From positions 53,518 to 117,517 of the forward strand of contig CAZAYU010000006.1 of assembly GCA_964489445.1 (NCBI GenBank): 64,000 nt of DNA, in the 5' to 3' direction. This document shows, in pieces, positions 59,042 through 64,000 of this stretch. The DNA comes from an uncultured Planctomycetia bacterium. GTDB lineage: Bacteria > Omnitrophota > Gorgyraeia > Duberdicusellales > 4484-171. A program made the translations under genes and the position numbers. Positions within the stretch are counted from its first letter, which is position 1. Every line of letters begins with the position of its first letter. Below the pieces are notes generated by a model, which was not told the DNA's origin, did no database searches, and saw only the letters and a program-made list of their open reading frames with translations.

Positions 59042-59199
59042 AGATTTTAAAAAATACTGCATATTTATTAAACACACAGCATTATCGCCAGCCACTTCTC
59101 TTCGCCTTATTAATACCTAGTTTTATCATATTTCACTGCCTTAATCAGCAGCTCAAACTCAATAAATATTCTACCACTATAGAAAAGCTACCACTAAAC

Positions 59200-60243
59200 C
59201 TAAATTACCTTTTTAATCGTGTCTACTACATGCTTAATCTGTTTCCCAGTAAGCAATGGATATATCGGTACTGATACTGCTGAACGCATAATATATTCTG
59301 TATTAGGAAAATTTTTTGCTGATAAATTTAAATATCTATGCAATGGGTGAGGTTTTACTGGTTGCTTTACCTTTACTCCTTTTTTATAACATTTCTTCAT
59401 AAAAGAATAGATATCTTTGTTTATCCTGATCATATATCTTTGATATATGTCTATACTTTCTGGACAACCTTTTAGTAATTGCATATCGCAATCAGCAAAA
59501 GCCATATTGTAAATGTTTGCCACTAACTTTCTTTTTCTTATAAACTCGCCCAATCTTGATAATTGCACCCTGCCCACTGCAGCTTGAAGATTTGTCATCC
59601 GATACGTATATTTTATTTTAAACTCCGAAGAATCAGGCTCCTTGAGCTTCTTTAATCTGTTTAATAAGTAATTAGAATTCGACAATACCATTCCTCCTTC
59701 ACCAGTAGTTATATATTTGGTCCCTTCAAAAGAAAATATAGACAAATCGCCCCAACTGCCCACCTTTCTATTTTTATATTCTGCTCCTATCGAGTGAGCA
59801 CAATCTTCAATAATATAAACTCCTAATTCCTTAAATTCATCAATCTTCGCGGGACACCCGTACATATGAGGAATAATTATAGCTTTTGTTCTTCTAGTAA
59901 TCTTTTTTTCGGCTTCACGCGAAGACATATTGTAGTCTTCTACGCTAACATCACATAATACTGGTTTTGCTCTAGAATATAGTACAGAATTTAATAGTGA
60001 ACGACACGCATAGCTTGGAATTATAATTTCGTCGCCACTATTAATATCCAGACACATCAACGCTAAATGCAATGCCAACGTTCCCGTGCAAGTAGCTACA
60101 CCACCTTTACTATTTATATACTGTGCGAGTTCTTTTTCAAATTTACTTACAATTTTGCCCTCAGCAAGATAATTAGTCTTCATAGTAGCACTAATAGCTT
60201 TTTGCTCTTGTCTCCCCATTGTTGGCTTAGAATGTTCAATCAT
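59200..60243 (-). CDS. DegT/DnrJ/EryC1/StrS-family PLP-dependent sugar aminotransferase
   Basis: N-terminal …SKFEKELAQYINSKGGVATCTGTLALHLAL… and the PLP-lysine region SIFSFEGTKYITTGEGGMV. Confidence 0.8.
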   Translation of the reverse strand: MIEHSKPTMGRQEQKAISATMKTNYLAEGKIVSKFEKELAQYINSKGGVATCTGTLALHLALMCLDINSGDEIIIPSYACRSLLNSVLYSRAKPVLCDVSVEDYNMSSREAEKKITRRTKAIIIPHMYGCPAKIDEFKELGVYIIEDCAHSIGAEYKNRKVGSWGDLSIFSFEGTKYITTGEGGMVLSNSNYLLNRLKKLKEPDSSEFKIKYTYRMTNLQAAVGRVQLSRLGEFIRKRKLVANIYNMAFADCDMQLLKGCPESIDIYQRYMIRINKDIYSFMKKCYKKGVKVKQPVKPHPLHRYLNLSAKNFPNTEYIMRSAVSVPIYPLLTGKQIKHVVDTIKKVI

Positions 60244-60274
60244 GCTTTAATCTTTTTTCATGTCGACTTTATTT

Positions 60275-61270
60275 TCACTTTGTCGCTATCGGTATTTTTT
60301 GCTTAAATGAAAATAGACTTTTTCTAAATATATATATAAAACCACCTACAATGCTAGTACATACGAGCGAAGTAAGGACCAACACAGATACAGCAAGCGC
60401 TTTTTCTGAAGATATGTAAGGTCCTAAAAAATACACTAACGCTCCTTCTCTTATTCCTAAGCCATTCAATGAAGGCAATAATGTCACAAAAAATACTATT
60501 GGAACTACCAAAAAAAATACACCGATTCTAACATCAAAAACATGTAGCGCTTTTGCGAATATATATATTGCAAATATGTACAAAATCTGGACTATAGCTG
60601 ATAAAAACAAACCCCAGAGAAGAATCATCTTATGACTTAAATACATATTGAAAAAGACAAATTCATTTATTAAGTTTTTACACCAAAGTCTATTTCTAAA
60701 GGGCTTAAGTATCAGCATAAGATACTTAGTTGTGTTTTTATGCAAAAGTATCCAAATAAATGCCATGCCCATTAAAAAAGCACTGTACACAAGCACAACA
60801 ATTAATCTGTTTGATATTTGATGACCAAAAAAAACTACTATAACAACAGGAATAATTATAAATGATATTACATAGAGTATTCTATCCATGAATACTCCGG
60901 CGAATAAACCTTTCTTCTCTCTATGTGTTTTCCCCATACAAGAAACTTTTAAAATATCCTCCCCTAAAGAAGTTATTGGAAAATTACTAAAAAAATACCC
61001 CATAAATGTAAAGAAAATAGATTCTTTTAGACTCATCCTTATATTTTGCACAGATATAATTTTTTTAAGCCTTAATGCTAGGAAATATGTAGCACCAACA
61101 ATTAAAAAAAATCCAAGAATTACAAACTTTCTGTCAGCATTCACAACCGTATTAAACATTATTGATAACTTATTACGCATAATCCAACAAAGTAGCGATA
61201 TCAAAGATACACTGATAAATGCTTTCAATGTAATTAAAATTTTATTTTTCATAAACAACAACATGAACAA
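60275..61270 (-). CDS. Flippase-like domain membrane protein (UPF0104 / LPG-synthase-TM-like)
   Basis: About 8 TM helices and a C-terminal LLPSLNGLGIREGAL motif (PxxxGGxGxxE) characteristic of this family. It sits next to a Dpm1-like GT2. Confidence 0.55.
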   Translation of the reverse strand: MFMLLFMKNKILITLKAFISVSLISLLCWIMRNKLSIMFNTVVNADRKFVILGFFLIVGATYFLALRLKKIISVQNIRMSLKESIFFTFMGYFFSNFPITSLGEDILKVSCMGKTHREKKGLFAGVFMDRILYVISFIIIPVVIVVFFGHQISNRLIVVLVYSAFLMGMAFIWILLHKNTTKYLMLILKPFRNRLWCKNLINEFVFFNMYLSHKMILLWGLFLSAIVQILYIFAIYIFAKALHVFDVRIGVFFLVVPIVFFVTLLPSLNGLGIREGALVYFLGPYISSEKALAVSVLVLTSLVCTSIVGGFIYIFRKSLFSFKQKIPIATK

Positions 61271-61416
61271 AATCGATTTCGGGATTAATCATATTTTTGT
61301 AAATTTTTTGAGTTTTACTTTTGAGAAAACTTTTATTTTTCATAGGAAGATAGGTTTGCTTTAATGCTAAAGTCTAGCCTTGCAATGTGTTTTATTGTCA
61401 CTTATTCGTTTTTCAA

Positions 61417-62160
61417 CTACACTATTTGAAGAATATCATATTCTGCTTCCTTAAAATAAAGGGATACGCCAAACTTTAGACAAATATCATTTATTTTAAG
61501 AATTATTGCATCCTTAATCACCTTACAAAAACGCATTGGGCTCCCATATTTTGAAAAACCATGATTTCTTATCCGATGAGAAACAATAACTTCCCCAATT
61601 AATAAGTTATTGTTTTTAGCTAAAACGGGAATAAACCGGTGCCCCCCGTTGAATATTACAATACCCTTAATAGACCTATTTTTATAAGCTCTAAGCGTAG
61701 TGCTAAAATCATGCACGCCTAGATTAAACATGACGCGACCTAATTTATTTGCTAAAACAGAAGGCATCCTCCTGAATAATATATTATCAGAGCGTACTTT
61801 TCTGTAGCCGCAAACCAAATCATAACCTTTATCTATTTCCTTAAGCAATGATGGAATATCTTTAGGGTCATGTTGAAGATCCCCGTCCATAGATACAATT
61901 AAATCCCCTATAGCATGCTTAAATCCTGCCAATAATGCTGAACTTAACCCAAAATTTTTTACAAAAGTTATGAGCCTCACAACATTGTCTTTTTTTATAA
62001 GTTCAATAATTTTCTCTTCTGTTGAATCTACGCTTCCATCATTAATAAATATAATTTCATAAGTCTTATTCAAAAATCCTAATACACTCTTAAGCTCTTT
62101 ATAAAGAGTATTTATTGATAACTCTTCATTGTAAACAGGAATAATAATACTTAAATCCAT
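61417..62160 (-). CDS. Polyprenyl-phosphate glycosyltransferase-like GT2 (ArnC/Dpm1 family) lacking C-terminal TM helices
   Basis: IIIPVYNEELSI, IFINDGSVDST, MDGDLQHDP. It is a paralogue of ORF 35049..35993 but is 247 aa and has no membrane anchor. Confidence 0.75.
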   Translation of the reverse strand: MDLSIIIPVYNEELSINTLYKELKSVLGFLNKTYEIIFINDGSVDSTEEKIIELIKKDNVVRLITFVKNFGLSSALLAGFKHAIGDLIVSMDGDLQHDPKDIPSLLKEIDKGYDLVCGYRKVRSDNILFRRMPSVLANKLGRVMFNLGVHDFSTTLRAYKNRSIKGIVIFNGGHRFIPVLAKNNNLLIGEVIVSHRIRNHGFSKYGSPMRFCKVIKDAIILKINDICLKFGVSLYFKEAEYDILQIV

Positions 62161-62279
62161 ATCATTCTACTTGGTTATTTTAGATTTCTGTAGGATATCA
62201 AAGTAATATTATTTTTCTTAGCTATATTACTCATTGCAAAATTCATTAAAAAATTATAGTCTTTAATTCCAAATTTTTT

Positions 62280-62759
62280 AACATTGAAATGTCCCAATCA
62301 CTTGGATAATCACTTGTTTCCAAGGATGGACTATCAATTCAATTGTACCATCTTTAATACTGTTGATAGAATAAATAAATTGTTTCTCTCTGTATACTTT
62401 TTTAGAATGAAAGCAACAAATAAAGTCCGGATGTATCAAATTAGATAATTCTACTAATTTTTATTTATCTGTGACCAACCAATAACCCTCTTGAAATAAT
62501 TAAAAGCTTTACACATTACACTCTTTGGCCAAAACATAAACTTATTAGCATATCGAATCCTCTTTATACCAAAACGCTTAGCAAGCCTTATTAATACATC
62601 TAATATCAAAGTTAGCTGGTGAAGATGCTTTTCCGTATCTAAATGTGTTATAGTTATCCCTCTATCCGATACCTTTTTAATCTGTGCATATCCCTCTTTA
62701 TAGAGATCATCCGCATTTATGATAAGTTTGTCATTATTAATTCTTGATTTTATAACACC
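62280..62759 (-). pseudogene. Decayed YdjC-family deacetylase paralogue (internal deletion + in-frame stop, no start codon)
   Basis: Minus-strand translation gives DKLIINADDLYKEG fused directly to ITHLDTEKHLHQLTLILDVL…KRIRY (compare intact ORF 36006..36890: LIISADDFGLTEG … VTHLDTEKHLHIFPSILKVI…NRIRF). A stop follows near 62455, and after it a further region …IELIVHPW… matches the YdjC C-terminus. Confidence 0.45.
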
Positions 62760-64000
62760 TTAGCTCAGCCCCATTATAAGAAGCATACATAGAATAAATT
62801 AGATTATAGTATTTATTTAAATATGAATAAAATGATTCAGAAAAAACACCTGGCCAATCAGGTGACATTATCAGCCAAACATTTCGATTTTGATTAACTA
62901 TCGGAAGTGCTTTATCTCTATTGATAAAATCTTTAACTTTAAAAAGATCAACTCCGATAAATAAATTATTATTTATTTTAAATTCCTTTACAGACCTTTT
63001 ATTTATAACCTTACCGGTAACATCTATATTCTTAAGAGAATCTTGTTCATTATAATTAAAGTAATAAAAGAATGCGGGCATTTGATCTGTTGGAATAAAA
63101 ATAACTGCGTCTGCAGGCTTTATATTCTTTCGCAAATATAAACCTATCTCCCTCCAAGATAGCCTATTTTTGCTTAAATTATAGTAATTATAAAGAGCAA
63201 AAGACATCAAGAACATTATAATACAAACAATAAGAATCATTAATCTTTTACTTCTCAATAGAGATACTCCATATGCAATAATCAAATAATACGCCGGTAG
63301 AGATATTATGGTATGTCTTAACAAATAAAAGGAAACATAAAAGACACTTGAAAGATATGGTATTATAACTGGAATCAGTAGCCACAAAAGCAAAAAGAAT
63401 AACCTACCTCTAATACTGTTGACACCACCCTTAATATCCTTTATTTTTTTAAAATATAAGGGCTTTAGCGCTATTATAAAAATTACAGCAAACAAAACAT
63501 TTAGTATTCTTGGAACTATCAATTTTTTGTTTACAATAACAAAGCCATCTTGTCCGTGAGCCTGTATTGGCCCGCCATAATTAAATGTTTCGATTACTGG
63601 AAATAAATAACTAGGAGTCAACCTCTGGTTAAACCGAATAAAAGTATGGCTTCCAACTGTAGCTAAACAGATTCCTATTAATACGGCTAAAAAAATAAAT
63701 ATTATTGCCCACCACTTTAACCATTTTTTTAATCTTTTTCTGCTTAAGCTAAAAAAAGCAAATATATGCTGAACCGGAATTAAATACAAAGTCATCGGAT
63801 GTGAATAAATTAGTATTATAGTAACAAAAGTATACGCTATGTAATCACGTTTTCTGTCAAACTTTAAAAGTCTAATAAAATAAAACATATTGATAATTGC
63901 CAAAAATATTACAAATGTATAATTACGCACTTCTTGAGACCAATAAATATGAAATGGTGACAATGCCAAAAGAAAAGCTGCCCACAATGCTACCTTTTTA
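62737..64000 (-). CDS. GT-C fold membrane glycosyltransferase (ArnT/PMT, GT39/83-like), N-terminus beyond window end
   Basis: …LALSPFHIYWSQEVRNYTFVIF… resembles the ArnT/PMT conserved region, and many TM helices follow. The reading frame is open to position 64000. The track start is a TTG, not necessarily the true start. Confidence 0.6.
   Translation of the reverse strand, partial: KKVALWAAFLLALSPFHIYWSQEVRNYTFVIFLAIINMFYFIRLLKFDRKRDYIAYTFVTIILIYSHPMTLYLIPVQHIFAFFSLSRKRLKKWLKWWAIIFIFLAVLIGICLATVGSHTFIRFNQRLTPSYLFPVIETFNYGGPIQAHGQDGFVIVNKKLIVPRILNVLFAVIFIIALKPLYFKKIKDIKGGVNSIRGRLFFLLLWLLIPVIIPYLSSVFYVSFYLLRHTIISLPAYYLIIAYGVSLLRSKRLMILIVCIIMFLMSFALYNYYNLSKNRLSWREIGLYLRKNIKPADAVIFIPTDQMPAFFYYFNYNEQDSLKNIDVTGKVINKRSVKEFKINNNLFIGVDLFKVKDFINRDKALPIVNQNRNVWLIMSPDWPGVFSESFYSYLNKYYNLIYSMYASYNGAELRCYKIKN

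Noticed and set aside
58852-59199. Cobalamin riboswitch in the only large intergenic region (expected given five B12-dependent enzymes)
   Set aside because: No B12-box-like conserved element (GCCACTG / AGYCMGG-type core) was seen on either strand of the gap. The region is AT-rich without the GC-rich paired stems typical of this riboswitch.
1-64000. Genomic island hallmarks (integrase, transposase, tRNA att site, flanking direct repeats)
   Set aside because: No integrase or transposase-like ORF and no tRNA was recognisable in the window. The island boundaries, if any, lie outside, beyond the SBP gene at the left and beyond 64000 at the right.
1-64000. Alternative genetic code (e.g. UGA recoding as in some low-GC uncultivated lineages)
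   Set aside because: Long ORFs with intact conserved domains are obtained with the standard code, and domain-length proteins end at conventional stops. The outer-membrane protein also argues against CPR-type organisms. Non-ATG 'M' residues in the track are TTG/GTG starts, not recoding.

Overview
This is an AT-rich window that is almost entirely coding. Apart from a 0.35-kb intergenic gap at 58852..59199 and a smaller gap at 42697..42943, about 50 minus-strand genes run end to end with tiny gaps or ATGA/4-bp overlaps, consistent with a single giant co-directional gene cluster. A partial ABC substrate-binding protein gene (1..912) and an outer-membrane beta-barrel gene with a C-terminal Phe (so a diderm host) come first. 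The rest reads as an ABC-transporter-dependent (Wzm/Wzt-type) surface-glycan biosynthesis island. It carries glycosyltransferases (GT4 x2, GT2 x2), three Dpm1/ArnC-like polyprenyl-phosphate glycosyltransferases, GT-C (ArnT/PMT-like) membrane transferases and a flippase-like protein. Sugar-tailoring genes include a DegT aminotransferase, an SDR epimerase, an AsnB-like amidotransferase, a PP-loop N-acetyl-sugar amidotransferase, a carbamoyltransferase, a YdjC deacetylase, a PLP decarboxylase, a methyltransferase, an FAD oxidoreductase and SGNH/TPR hydrolases. Embedded in it is an extraordinary radical-SAM complement: 17 genes carrying 21 CxxxCxxC/GGEP radical SAM domains. Five have N-terminal cobalamin-binding (class B) domains, two are B12-rSAM::SPASM-rSAM fusions, two are double-rSAM proteins, and four paralogues sit in tandem. 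Other unusual structure: a ~200-aa domain triplicated in the C-terminal extension of the Wzt ATPase reappears at the C-terminus of a B12-rSAM enzyme, which would fit a shared polymer-terminus recognition module. There are two membrane-anchored coiled-coil proteins built from 32- and 41-aa tandem repeats, a candidate chain-length ruler. A 1.2-kb SGNH/TPR gene is tandemly duplicated at near-identity. Decayed paralogue remnants include a YdjC pseudogene and a GT-C N-terminal fragment. No rRNA, tRNA, CRISPR, transposase or integrase was seen. ORF-track starts were checked where possible, and several track 'M' residues are in fact TTG/GTG codons.
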